DNA of 64,000 bases, from positions 26,349 to 90,348 of the forward strand of contig JAUIDD010000004.1 in NCBI GenBank assembly GCA_030429175.1, in the 5' to 3' direction. The notes beneath the pieces were generated by a model, which saw nothing but the letters and a program-made list of their open reading frames with translations, was not told the origin of the DNA and did no database searches. The position numbers were made by a program, and so were the translations under genes. Positions 1 to 8,350 of this stretch are shown one piece after another. This DNA comes from Gammaproteobacteria bacterium (GTDB taxonomy: Bacteria; Pseudomonadota; Gammaproteobacteria; Coxiellales; Coxiellaceae). Each line of letters begins with the position of its first letter. Position 1 is the stretch's first letter.

Positions 1-179
1 ATTGGCATACGTATCACTTTTGCATTAGTACGACCTGGCGGCGGTGTATCTGCATATAAATAAGATTTAACAACAGCCGCGATATCCTTGTAGTATTGCA
101 TTTTGGATAATAAAAAGCAGGCCATCACGCCTGCTGCATTTAACTGAAAAATATGTCCTGGATTAATCACATGTATCAT
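1..179 (-). CDS. hypothetical protein, N-terminal 59 codons only (gene runs off the left edge)
   Basis: Hand translation of the minus strand from the ATG (complement of 177-179) stays open to position 1: MIHVINPGHIFQLNAAGVMACFLLSKMQYYKDIAAVVKSYLYADTPPPGRTNAKVIRMP. It is absent from the ORF track because it is truncated. No family recognised. Confidence 0.3.
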   Translation of the reverse strand, partial: MIHVINPGHIFQLNAAGVMACFLLSKMQYYKDIAAVVKSYLYADTPPPGRTNAKVIRMP

Positions 180-181
180 TT

Positions 182-342
182 ACATACTATCCATAAAAAA
201 CTGATACAAATCACTTTACAGAATTAAGATTAAATTAATCTTAATTTTTACTAGCAATTTTGTAGTAGCTGCAGATGATTGTTGCTCTGCTGCTACATTT
301 GCCTGTGCAAATAAACCAGATGACTGTCCACTAATACTTGCC
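182..342. repeat. direct repeat copy 1 (degenerate duplicate of the 3' end plus downstream flank of the 440-aa gene)
   Basis: About 160 bp nearly identical to 1271-1428, differing by a few substitutions, single-nucleotide indels and one 3-nt indel. On the minus strand it encodes ...GASISGQSSGLFAQANVAAEQQSSAATT, then frameshifts relative to the intact gene end. Confidence 0.9.
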
Positions 343-388
343 CCCCGCTTGCTCATAACCACATGATTAGTAGGAGCAAATTTTTATA

Positions 389-417
389 TTGAAATTAGTA
401 CCATATATTGGTACCAT
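389..417 (+). promoter_or_regulatory. putative hicAB promoter with a palindromic operator
   Basis: TTGAAA (389-394), 17-nt spacer, TACCAT (412-417). The palindrome GTACCA-TATAT-TGGTAC (398-414) lies directly upstream of the hicA ATG at 425. There is no clear SD, so the transcript may be near-leaderless. Confidence 0.35.
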
Positions 418-424
418 TTGACAT

Positions 425-682
425 ATGAAGGCAAAGCACAAGAAGGTACTAAATAATATATTTGATATACCAGTAAAATCAAATATTCAATGGAAAGATA
501 TCGAGCTCTTGTTAATTGCTCTTGGTGCGGAAATCACTGAGGGAAATGGTTCTAGAGTTCGTATTGCTTTAAATGGAGTGCGAGCCGTATTTCACAGGCC
601 GCACCCTAAAAAAGAAACGGATAAAGGTGCAATTGTTTCTATGAAGAGGTTTTTAAAAGAGGCAGGAGTAGATCCATGTTAG
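425..682 (+). CDS. hicA: type II toxin-antitoxin system toxin, HicA family
   Basis: 85 aa. The pattern ...WKDIELLLIALGAEITEGNGSRVRIALNGVRAVFHRPHPKKETDKGAIVSMKRFL... is typical of HicA-family toxins. It overlaps the downstream antitoxin gene by 7 nt. Confidence 0.85.
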   Translation: MKAKHKKVLNNIFDIPVKSNIQWKDIELLLIALGAEITEGNGSRVRIALNGVRAVFHRPHPKKETDKGAIVSMKRFLKEAGVDPC

Positions 683-1002
683 AATACAAAGGTTATGTTG
701 GTTATGCTGAATTTGATGATGAATCCGATATATTTTATGGAGAAGTGATTAATACACGTGATGTTATTACATTTCAAGGCACATCAGTTAGAGAATTAAA
801 TAAATCGTTTAAGGATTCAATTGATGATTATTTAAAGTTTTGTAAATCAAGAAATGAAAAACCAGATAAGCCATTTTCTGGAACTTTTAATTTGCGATTA
901 GATCCAGAGCTTCACAGAGAGGCTTTTATTAAGGCAAAAAAAGCAGGTTGTAGTTTGAACTCCTGGGTAAAAGACACTATTAAAAAAGCTGTTGGTGAAT
1001 AA
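676..1002 (+). CDS. hicB: type II toxin-antitoxin system antitoxin, HicB family
   Basis: 108 aa. The N-terminal MLEYKGYVGYAEFDDE...VITFQGTSV fold and the C-terminal DNA-binding tail (FNLRLDPELHREAFIKAKKAGCSLNSWV) are typical of HicB. The gene is coupled to hicA. Confidence 0.85.
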   Translation: MLEYKGYVGYAEFDDESDIFYGEVINTRDVITFQGTSVRELNKSFKDSIDDYLKFCKSRNEKPDKPFSGTFNLRLDPELHREAFIKAKKAGCSLNSWVKDTIKKAVGE

Positions 1003-1270
1003 GTCATATTTTAAATATTGTATCACTGAAGCCACAACTTAATCTGACAGCTCCATCTCTATTTTCTACCGACGCTGTCTTGTGAAAAGGCTAACAAATG
1101 CCATTTGTTTGTCGAATCTCTATTTCACCTGAATTAATATGCTTTTTATTAATTGATCTCAACAGTGCATTATTAGCACCATCGTTATTTTTCAGGTCTC
1201 CAAGAATGGCCTATGGCCTTATTAAAAAAGTGTTTTGTAGCATAGACGCTAAATTTGCAACACAACCTTT

Positions 1271-1428
1271 ACATCTATCCATAAAAAACTGATACAAATC
1301 ACTTTACAGAACTAAGATTAAATTAATCTTAATTTTTACTAGCAACTTTGTATGTAGCTGCAGATGATTGTTGCTCTGCTACGTTTACCTGTGCAAATAA
1401 ACCAGATGACTGTCCACTAATACTTGCC
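1271..1428. repeat. direct repeat copy 2 (genuine 3' end and downstream flank of the 440-aa gene)
   Basis: Partner of 182-342. Contains the stop codon (1329) and the last ~33 codons of the 1329-2651 gene. Confidence 0.9.
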
Positions 1429-2651
1429 TTCAGCAGTGGATCTTGCTCATATTTAATGTCTTCTAGTGTTTGGCGTTCAACAATAGGGGCTATTAAAGAC
1501 GCTCTTAAACTCTGTGGTAAAGTTTTTGCGGAAACCGGGCTTATGCTACCACTATGAGCTTTTATAAAAACTTGATTAGCATCACTCCATGTCTCAAAAG
1601 CCTGTACAATATCAACTATATTATCACTATCTTGATAAGTCCTATAAACAGCCAATAATCCTGTCATATAGCCTATAAGTTCAACACGTTCCCCCTCCAA
1701 ACTATCAACAACCTCATGATCCAACAAATCGCCAGGAATTACGTCAAAATAAGCAGCCACATAAGCATCTATATCAAGCACCGCTGTTTTATCACATTTT
1801 ATTGAATAGAAAAAATCTATTAATACTAAGTGCATCGCAGACCCTATCAATAAGTTACTATTTATTTTATCTATCTGTTCAGTAAGCGTGTTAAGCACAG
1901 CAACAAATGATGCTCGACAACGCTCATGTCTTTGTTGATGGTCAGGCTCAGTTGTAAACATGTAATACGTTTGATATTGATGGCGCAACAGCTTAGAACG
2001 TATATTTGTACGTATTGACTCAGGACGCTCAAAAAAATCTTTTATTATGCGCCCCATATGTATAGCTTGAATGTCAAAACAAGGAACATCCGGATCAAAT
2101 ACTAAATGATAATTTATTTCAGTATCCTCAGGCATATGCATGCCCTCTACTTCGCCTGTGCCCTTTCTTGATCTATGTCTCTTAGAAAGAACCATATTTA
2201 ACTGACCACTTTTATCTAAAAAGATATTCATACGCTTATAAGTGTTACCCATTAGCTCAGTCTCATGAAAAAGCAGTTCATAACTAAACACCCTAAAAAG
2301 ATGAATATCAACGTAGGGTATAGCTCTAGAAACAAGCTTATAGTCGCTTGGATCATAAAAGTTTAGCCCGAGCAGTGTCGCAAATTTACGGCGGTCTTCT
2401 ATCCAGCTGTCACTCGGCTTAAAGTCATTACGTAGCAATGGACGACCCTGTATCGTTATATGTATGCCATAAGACATAATAGCATTCGATAAATTATGAT
2501 GATCTAAATTAAACTTTAGTCCCGCCCCCCAATTAATATTTCCACTAATCTTTAGATCTTGCGTCTCAAACAAACTACAAAAAGGATAGGGTACAAATCC
2601 TTTTGTAGGAATAGTCACAAGTGCGCCGGTATATGGCTCTAATCTGCTCAT
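1329..2651 (-). CDS. hypothetical protein (orphan, no recognisable domain)
   Basis: Long uninterrupted 440-aa ORF with no competing frame. No signal peptide or TM segment is evident. The C-terminal tail is Ser/Gln/Ala-rich. Confidence 0.7.
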   Translation of the reverse strand: MSRLEPYTGALVTIPTKGFVPYPFCSLFETQDLKISGNINWGAGLKFNLDHHNLSNAIMSYGIHITIQGRPLLRNDFKPSDSWIEDRRKFATLLGLNFYDPSDYKLVSRAIPYVDIHLFRVFSYELLFHETELMGNTYKRMNIFLDKSGQLNMVLSKRHRSRKGTGEVEGMHMPEDTEINYHLVFDPDVPCFDIQAIHMGRIIKDFFERPESIRTNIRSKLLRHQYQTYYMFTTEPDHQQRHERCRASFVAVLNTLTEQIDKINSNLLIGSAMHLVLIDFFYSIKCDKTAVLDIDAYVAAYFDVIPGDLLDHEVVDSLEGERVELIGYMTGLLAVYRTYQDSDNIVDIVQAFETWSDANQVFIKAHSGSISPVSAKTLPQSLRASLIAPIVERQTLEDIKYEQDPLLKASISGQSSGLFAQVNVAEQQSSAATYKVASKN

Positions 2652-2754
2652 CTCGATTCCTCTTCACCAAAGACTCTATAAGTATACAAACTACCACAAT
2701 TATTACAAAAGAAAAATATTGGCGCTTGCTCTATGTTTTATGTAGAATCGCGCA

Positions 2755-4944
2755 ATGGATGTTTCATACCTACTCGACTCATTAAATGACCAACAACGCG
2801 AAGCAGTCGCGAGTGATCCTGGTAACCTCTTAATCCTCGCCGGCGCTGGTAGTGGCAAAACACGCGTGCTCGTACATCGCATTGCATGGCTGATGTCAGT
2901 AGAACATATATCACCCTACGCAATTCTTGCAGTTACATTTACCAATAAAGCCGCCTATGAAATGCGTGGGCGCATTGAAGCGTTACGAGGCGTACCGATA
3001 GGTGGTGGTATGTGGGTGGGTACCTTTCATGGTCTATCACATCGTTTACTACGTGCACATTGGCAACAAGCAAAACTACCTGAAACATTTCAAATAATGG
3101 ATAGTGATGATCAATATCGTTTGATTCGTCGTATCGAACGCAGTCTCGATCTCGATGAAACCAAATGGCCACCGCGTCAAGCACAATGGTTCATCAATAA
3201 AAGCAAAGAGTCCGGCAAACGCGCTAAAGATATTTTAAATACTGACCACAGTTACTTTACCGAAACGATGCTACGCATTTATCACGAATATGAATCTATT
3301 TGTGAACGCAGTGGTTTGGTTGATTTTTCAGAGCTGTTACTACGGTCCTTGGAATTATTACAAAATAACTCTGATATCTGTCAACACTACCAAAATCGCT
3401 TTCAGCATATCTTAGTCGATGAGTTCCAAGATACTAACACCATACAATATGCATGGCTCAATATACTAAAAGGCCCAGATAGTTTTATTATTGCTGTTGG
3501 TGATGATGATCAATCGATCTATAGCTGGCGTGGTGCAAAAGTTGAAAATATGCAGCGATTTGTCAATGAATTGCCAGACGTAAAAACCATCCGACTCGAA
3601 CAAAATTACCGCTCTACTAAAACTATTTTAGCGGCTGCTAATGCTGTGATTGCCCATAACAACGATCGTTTAGGCAAAGACCTTTGGACGAGTGGCGAAA
3701 CTGGTGACAAAATCACATTATATGCTGCATTTAATGAACGCGATGAAGCTTACTATATTGCATCAACCATCCAAGACTTAATGCGCCAAGGTTATAACTA
3801 TGCTGAGATGGCAATACTCTACCGTTCTAACGCACAATCACGCATACTCGAAGAACAAATGCTCGACGGCCAAATTCCCTATCGTATTTATGGTGGCCAA
3901 AAATTCTTTGAACGTGCTGAAATCAAAGACGCGCTCGCCTACTTACGCCTCATGTCTAACCACAAAGATGACGCTGCATTTGAGCGTATCGTTAATATGC
4001 CAACGCGCGGCATCGGCAATACTACACTCAATAAAATTCGTGAACAATCACAACAATATAGTATTTCTTTGTGGGAGTCAGTTGAATTAGCATTGCAAAA
4101 TGATAGCCTAAGCGCACGTGCGACCTCAGCATTACAAGGTTTTACTCAATTAATTAATCAACTCAGTCAAGATACCGAACACCAAGATCTCGATATTCAA
4201 ACACACGAAACCTTAAACCGCAGTGGATTGCTCGCTTTCTACCAAAAAGATCGCAGTGAAAAAGGTGTCTCTAGGGTTGAAAACTTAGAAGAGTTAATCG
4301 TTGCTACCAGCCAATTTAAAGCAGATGATAATACCGAGCATGCAAGCCCACTCGCTGCTTTCTTAACCCACGTCGCATTAGAAACAGGCGAAGGCCAAGC
4401 CGAATCAAATTCAAATGCGGTGAGCCTAATGACACTACATGCGGCAAAAGGTTTAGAGTTTGCCTGTGTGTTTATCGCCGGTGTTGAAGAAGATTTATTT
4501 CCACATAAAATGTCAATAGAAGAAGGACGCGGTATCGAAGAAGAACGTCGCCTGTGTTATGTCGGCATGACACGTGCGATGCAAAAACTTTATATCACTT
4601 ACGCAGAATCACGCCGTCTCTATGGTAGCGAACGCTTTAATAATCCCTCACGTTTTATCGCAGAAATCCCTGCTGAATATGTCTTTGCAGTAAGACCCAC
4701 AACCCAAGTCTCTCGCCCAACCAGTGCTAATACCACATGGCAAAAAAAACGTAGTATCGCCTTTGATAACGATGCTGCCGATACTGGACTTAAAGTTGGG
4801 CAACGCGTTAAACACGCCAAATTCGGTGAAGGGATTATCATTAACTTCGAAGGTAGCGGTGAACATACACGCCTACAAGTAAAATTTGATCGCAATGGTA
4901 CCAAGTGGCTGGTAGCGAGCTTTGCTAAGCTTTCTGCTGCTTAA
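2755..4944 (+). CDS. uvrD: DNA helicase II (UvrD)
   Basis: 729 aa. Walker A is AGAGSGKTRV, with the helicase motifs DEFQDTN, GDDDQSIYSWRGA, QNYRST and TLHAAKGLEF. The UvrD-type C-terminal tail is GQRVKHAKFGEGIIINFEG. Confidence 0.95.
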   Translation: MDVSYLLDSLNDQQREAVASDPGNLLILAGAGSGKTRVLVHRIAWLMSVEHISPYAILAVTFTNKAAYEMRGRIEALRGVPIGGGMWVGTFHGLSHRLLRAHWQQAKLPETFQIMDSDDQYRLIRRIERSLDLDETKWPPRQAQWFINKSKESGKRAKDILNTDHSYFTETMLRIYHEYESICERSGLVDFSELLLRSLELLQNNSDICQHYQNRFQHILVDEFQDTNTIQYAWLNILKGPDSFIIAVGDDDQSIYSWRGAKVENMQRFVNELPDVKTIRLEQNYRSTKTILAAANAVIAHNNDRLGKDLWTSGETGDKITLYAAFNERDEAYYIASTIQDLMRQGYNYAEMAILYRSNAQSRILEEQMLDGQIPYRIYGGQKFFERAEIKDALAYLRLMSNHKDDAAFERIVNMPTRGIGNTTLNKIREQSQQYSISLWESVELALQNDSLSARATSALQGFTQLINQLSQDTEHQDLDIQTHETLNRSGLLAFYQKDRSEKGVSRVENLEELIVATSQFKADDNTEHASPLAAFLTHVALETGEGQAESNSNAVSLMTLHAAKGLEFACVFIAGVEEDLFPHKMSIEEGRGIEEERRLCYVGMTRAMQKLYITYAESRRLYGSERFNNPSRFIAEIPAEYVFAVRPTTQVSRPTSANTTWQKKRSIAFDNDAADTGLKVGQRVKHAKFGEGIIINFEGSGEHTRLQVKFDRNGTKWLVASFAKLSAA

Positions 4945-4983
4945 CGCCTTATATTTACATTATATCAATAGATTACAATACTA

Positions 4984-5081
4984 TATGGTGAGATAATCAC
5001 TACCTTAGTGAGATTAGTGAGCTATTTTGGCTATTGGTTAGATTGGTGAGATATTTTGACATATGGTGAGATTGGTGAGAT
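4984..5081. repeat. array of GGTGAGAT-type short direct repeats (iteron-like) upstream of the AlbA_2 gene
   Basis: Perfect GGTGAGAT at 4987-4994, 5045-5052, 5065-5072 and 5074-5081. One-mismatch copies at 5007-5014 (AGTGAGAT) and 5036-5043 (GGTTAGAT). A degenerate copy lies at 5016-5022. Confidence 0.8.
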
Positions 5082-5091
5082 AATTAGTGTT

Positions 5092-6441
5092 ATGGATATG
5101 AATATACTTACAGAGCGCGAATCAAAACTCTTAGAGTTTAAATCAACTATTCCTAAATTTGATACCCTCATAAAAACCTGCATAGCCTTTGCTAATGCGT
5201 CTGGAGGTAAAATTATTATTGGTGTTGAGGACAAGACGCGTGAAATAGTTGGCATAACCAATAATGATCGCAATAGAATTTATGATGACTTTACCAATAG
5301 CCTATTTGACTCTGTTAGCCCAACTATTATTGCTCAAATTTATGAAAGAAACTTTGGGAAAAAATCTGTTCTAATTATAGAAATACCGATGAGCCCACGA
5401 AAGCCCTACTTTCTTAAAAGCAAAGGTATAAAAGATGGCACTTATATTCGTGTTGGCTCGAGTACACGTAAAGCTTCTCAAGAGTATATTGAGGATCTTA
5501 CACGAGAAGCGCAGCGTATTAGCTATGACGAAGAAACGATATATACTCCCATAGATAATCTTGATAAGGAGCTGCTATATCAATTTTTTAATGCTACCGT
5601 TACCAAAAAAAGGTTATTTGCCGAAAAAATAATTGGCGCCAAGCATGCCAATAAAGAGATTTACTGCCCAACCGTTTCAGGCCTGCTAATGTTTTCAGAA
5701 AATCCACATCACTTTGTTCCAGAAGCGCTAATAAAGTGCACAAGGTTTAAGGGCACACAAGGCAGAAATATATTACGCACAGAGGATATTACAGGCACAA
5801 TAGAACAACAAGCTAGTGCAGCCTTAAGACTTATCAGTGACTGGATCGCCATTGATTATGCTTTACGTGGCATCAAATTAACAGGAACACTTCCCATTCC
5901 AGAGGAAGCACTTAGAGAAGCAATCTTAAATGCATTATTACATAGAAAATACTCTATTCCTGGAGCCACTAAAATTGCAGTATATGACGATAGGTTAGAA
6001 ATATTTAACCCAGGCGATTTTCCGGGACTCATTGATATTAATAATTTAGGAGATGGTACTACTTTTTTACGTAATCCAACATTAATTAAACTCGCTTACA
6101 AAAGCAAACTTGTTGAAACACGTGGCACTGGCATAAGACTTATCTATGATAGTTGTAGAAACGCTGGTATAAAAAAACCTGTTTACGAAGATGAAGGCGA
6201 CTTTGTGAAACTAATTTTTTATTTCGATAAAATAGCAAATCCACTTCAAGCAGAAGACACGTCAATTATAAATTATATCAAAGAACAAAAATCAGTAACT
6301 TCACAACAAATTGCGGATTATCTCTCTGTTTCTCGTAATACCGCCATTAGAAAATTAAATACGCTTATTATAAGTAATAAAGTGATTAAAACTGGTCAGG
6401 GCCCATCTATAAAATATCAACTAAAGAAATTCCACCAATGA
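5092..6441 (+). CDS. AlbA_2 (Schlafen-type) DNA-binding domain / ATPase-like / C-terminal winged-helix protein (often annotated as RecG-like or as a transcriptional regulator)
   Basis: The N-terminal RESKLLEFKSTIP...AFANASGGKIIIGVED is the AlbA_2 signature. The C-terminal IINYIKEQKSVTSQQIADYLSVSRNTAIRKLNTL is wHTH-like. The start is placed at the ATG at 5092 because the track's upstream residues (MTYGEIGEII) are just the translated repeat array. Confidence 0.7.
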   Translation: MDMNILTERESKLLEFKSTIPKFDTLIKTCIAFANASGGKIIIGVEDKTREIVGITNNDRNRIYDDFTNSLFDSVSPTIIAQIYERNFGKKSVLIIEIPMSPRKPYFLKSKGIKDGTYIRVGSSTRKASQEYIEDLTREAQRISYDEETIYTPIDNLDKELLYQFFNATVTKKRLFAEKIIGAKHANKEIYCPTVSGLLMFSENPHHFVPEALIKCTRFKGTQGRNILRTEDITGTIEQQASAALRLISDWIAIDYALRGIKLTGTLPIPEEALREAILNALLHRKYSIPGATKIAVYDDRLEIFNPGDFPGLIDINNLGDGTTFLRNPTLIKLAYKSKLVETRGTGIRLIYDSCRNAGIKKPVYEDEGDFVKLIFYFDKIANPLQAEDTSIINYIKEQKSVTSQQIADYLSVSRNTAIRKLNTLIISNKVIKTGQGPSIKYQLKKFHQ

Positions 6442-7031
6442 TGCTTCGGCAGGCGTGATTCGCAATTTTGTAGTTGTGCATGATAACGATTAGCCATACG
6501 CTGCACTTTTTTGGCAATAATGATAAGCCAAGGTTTACGTCGATAGGTTCGCTGCTGATATCCAATTGTGCCTTCATGATAAGCAAGATATAAAGCATAG
6601 GCATTGTTACGTGAAATTCCAACACGACGATAAGCACGGTAAGAAAACCAACTGATAAAATCAGCTGCGCTAGCAAAGTTATCGCGATCGGCACCATTGC
6701 TTTTGGTCGCTTGTAAATACTGGCGCCATGTATCATTCACCGCTTGCGAATAGCCTTCAGCTGTAGTCGGACGCGACCATGGGATCAACCATAATAATTT
6801 AGTACGTGGTGGTTTTGCATCGGCACGAAAGTGAGACTCTTGATGCATAATTGCCATCTGCACACTAATTGGCACACCCCATTTTTTTTGTGAACGCTGT
6901 GTTGCCCAATACCATTTCGGATATTGAAAAAAAATACTACATAGGTTTGTTTGAATGCGTGGTGGCGGTGGCGCACAACCTGCTAATAAGAAAATAATAA
7001 CCAATAAAATACAGATACAAAATCGTTTCAT
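6417..7031 (-). CDS. lipoprotein with a lytic-transglycosylase (SLT)-like domain
   Basis: The internal start MKRFCICILLVIIFLLAGC gives a signal peptide plus lipobox. MHQESHF and AEGYSQAVNDTW resemble the SLT catalytic Glu-Ser and downstream motifs. The upstream part of the tracked ORF overlaps the MFS gene end. Confidence 0.65.
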   Translation of the reverse strand: MKRFCICILLVIIFLLAGCAPPPPRIQTNLCSIFFQYPKWYWATQRSQKKWGVPISVQMAIMHQESHFRADAKPPRTKLLWLIPWSRPTTAEGYSQAVNDTWRQYLQATKSNGADRDNFASAADFISWFSYRAYRRVGISRNNAYALYLAYHEGTIGYQQRTYRRKPWLIIIAKKVQRMANRYHAQLQNCESRLPKHHWWNFFS

Positions 7032-7039
7032 ATGGTGCC

Positions 7040-8350
7040 TTAATTTTCTTGCTGAATACAATAGGTTTCTTTTACTGATACTGAAGCCAATAATGCAATT
7101 AAATACCCCACCAAAAAAATCAATGTTGCCCAACGAAAGTCTGAAGCCAAATAAGTGGTTGTGATATGATGCGCACGCGCTGTTGCGTGTGATTGCAAAC
7201 AATAGCCATATAAACTTTGAATTAAACCGATACCACCCACTGTACTTAAATTAACTACACTGACTGACATCGCTGTGACAATACGCTTGCTGCTTTCAGC
7301 AACCAATGGGTAGCCAATAATTTGCGTGCTGGAAAAAAAGCCTATCGCAAAAAATAATAACATCAACAGCTCAAAATTTAGTGCAGGTGACCACAATACA
7401 AATCCAATCAAGGCGATTGCAATGATCGCCCCCATAATCATTGGTGGCTTACGTCGCGCTAATTTATCTGAAAGCCAACCCGCCAAAGGTGAGCCAAAAA
7501 TTGTACCAGCAAACAGCATCGATGTAATATAAGATGCAGCTAGCTTAGTAAAATGATAACTGGTAGTTAAATACATCATCCCCCATAAACCGCCGAGCAC
7601 ATTAATCGGTAAGTTCATCATGCTGGTATAAATACCACCAAGCCAATTTTGACGACGTAAAAATGCCATGCGCAAGCTTTTCCAATAACCAATCTGGCTT
7701 AATTGTTGCTGCTCTAATTCATGTTGCTGTTGCGCTGAACTGGGATAATCACGAATAACCACCGCATTTAAGAATAATATCACCACACCAAACATCGCAT
7801 CAGCAAATAAAGTATGCCGCCAACCAATATGCTTTACTAACGCTTCAAACGGTGTTTGCGATACCATACCACCGACCATCGCAATCGTGACAATTACACC
7901 AGTTACGCGCGCCATTTTACAAGGTGTAAACCAACGCGATGCTAAGCGCAGCACACTCAAAAAACAAAAAGCGCTGCCAATGCCGGTTAAAAAGCGACAG
8001 ACTGTTACCCAAAACAGACTGGTCGCCCAACCAAATAACATCGTACCCAGGACACAAACACCAAGTGACCATAAAATCACACGGCGGGTTGAAAAACGAT
8101 CGAGCAGTGTACCGGCTATAAATAAAAAGATCACATTCGCTAAAAAATAATAGGCCGACATATTGCCTAATTGACTTGCGGTTGCATGAAATGATGCCAT
8201 TAACTCTTGGCTAATTGCATCCAACATATTCATTTGAATGAATTCATAGAAGAAGAATAAAGACGCAGTTAAGATGATTATCCATGACGATAGTTGTGAC
8301 TGCTTTTGTCCTGCTACTAAGGGTGCTTTAATCGCCACACTTGGCATCAT
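7040..8350 (-). CDS. MFS transporter, Pht (phagosomal transporter)-like, distal copy of a tandem pair
   Basis: About 12 predicted TM segments. Clear paralogy to 8328-9668 (FFxEFxQxNM..., ANVIFLFxAGxxLDRFSTxRVI, RLASRWF). The start is uncertain (8347/8350 versus 8398). Confidence 0.8.
   Translation of the reverse strand: MMPSVAIKAPLVAGQKQSQLSSWIIILTASLFFFYEFIQMNMLDAISQELMASFHATASQLGNMSAYYFLANVIFLFIAGTLLDRFSTRRVILWSLGVCVLGTMLFGWATSLFWVTVCRFLTGIGSAFCFLSVLRLASRWFTPCKMARVTGVIVTIAMVGGMVSQTPFEALVKHIGWRHTLFADAMFGVVILFLNAVVIRDYPSSAQQQHELEQQQLSQIGYWKSLRMAFLRRQNWLGGIYTSMMNLPINVLGGLWGMMYLTTSYHFTKLAASYITSMLFAGTIFGSPLAGWLSDKLARRKPPMIMGAIIAIALIGFVLWSPALNFELLMLLFFAIGFFSSTQIIGYPLVAESSKRIVTAMSVSVVNLSTVGGIGLIQSLYGYCLQSHATARAHHITTTYLASDFRWATLIFLVGYLIALLASVSVKETYCIQQEN

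Noticed and set aside
1098-1292. 64-aa plus-strand ORF in the spacer between hicB and the 440-aa gene
   Set aside because: It has no RBS and a hydrophobic low-complexity translation. It lies in the non-coding remainder of the hicAB cassette and runs into repeat copy 2. Most likely spurious.
5056-5091. Upstream extension of the AlbA_2 ORF (MTYGEIGEIISV)
   Set aside because: These codons are simply the GGTGAGAT repeat array read in frame. The conserved AlbA_2 domain starts right after the ATG at 5092.
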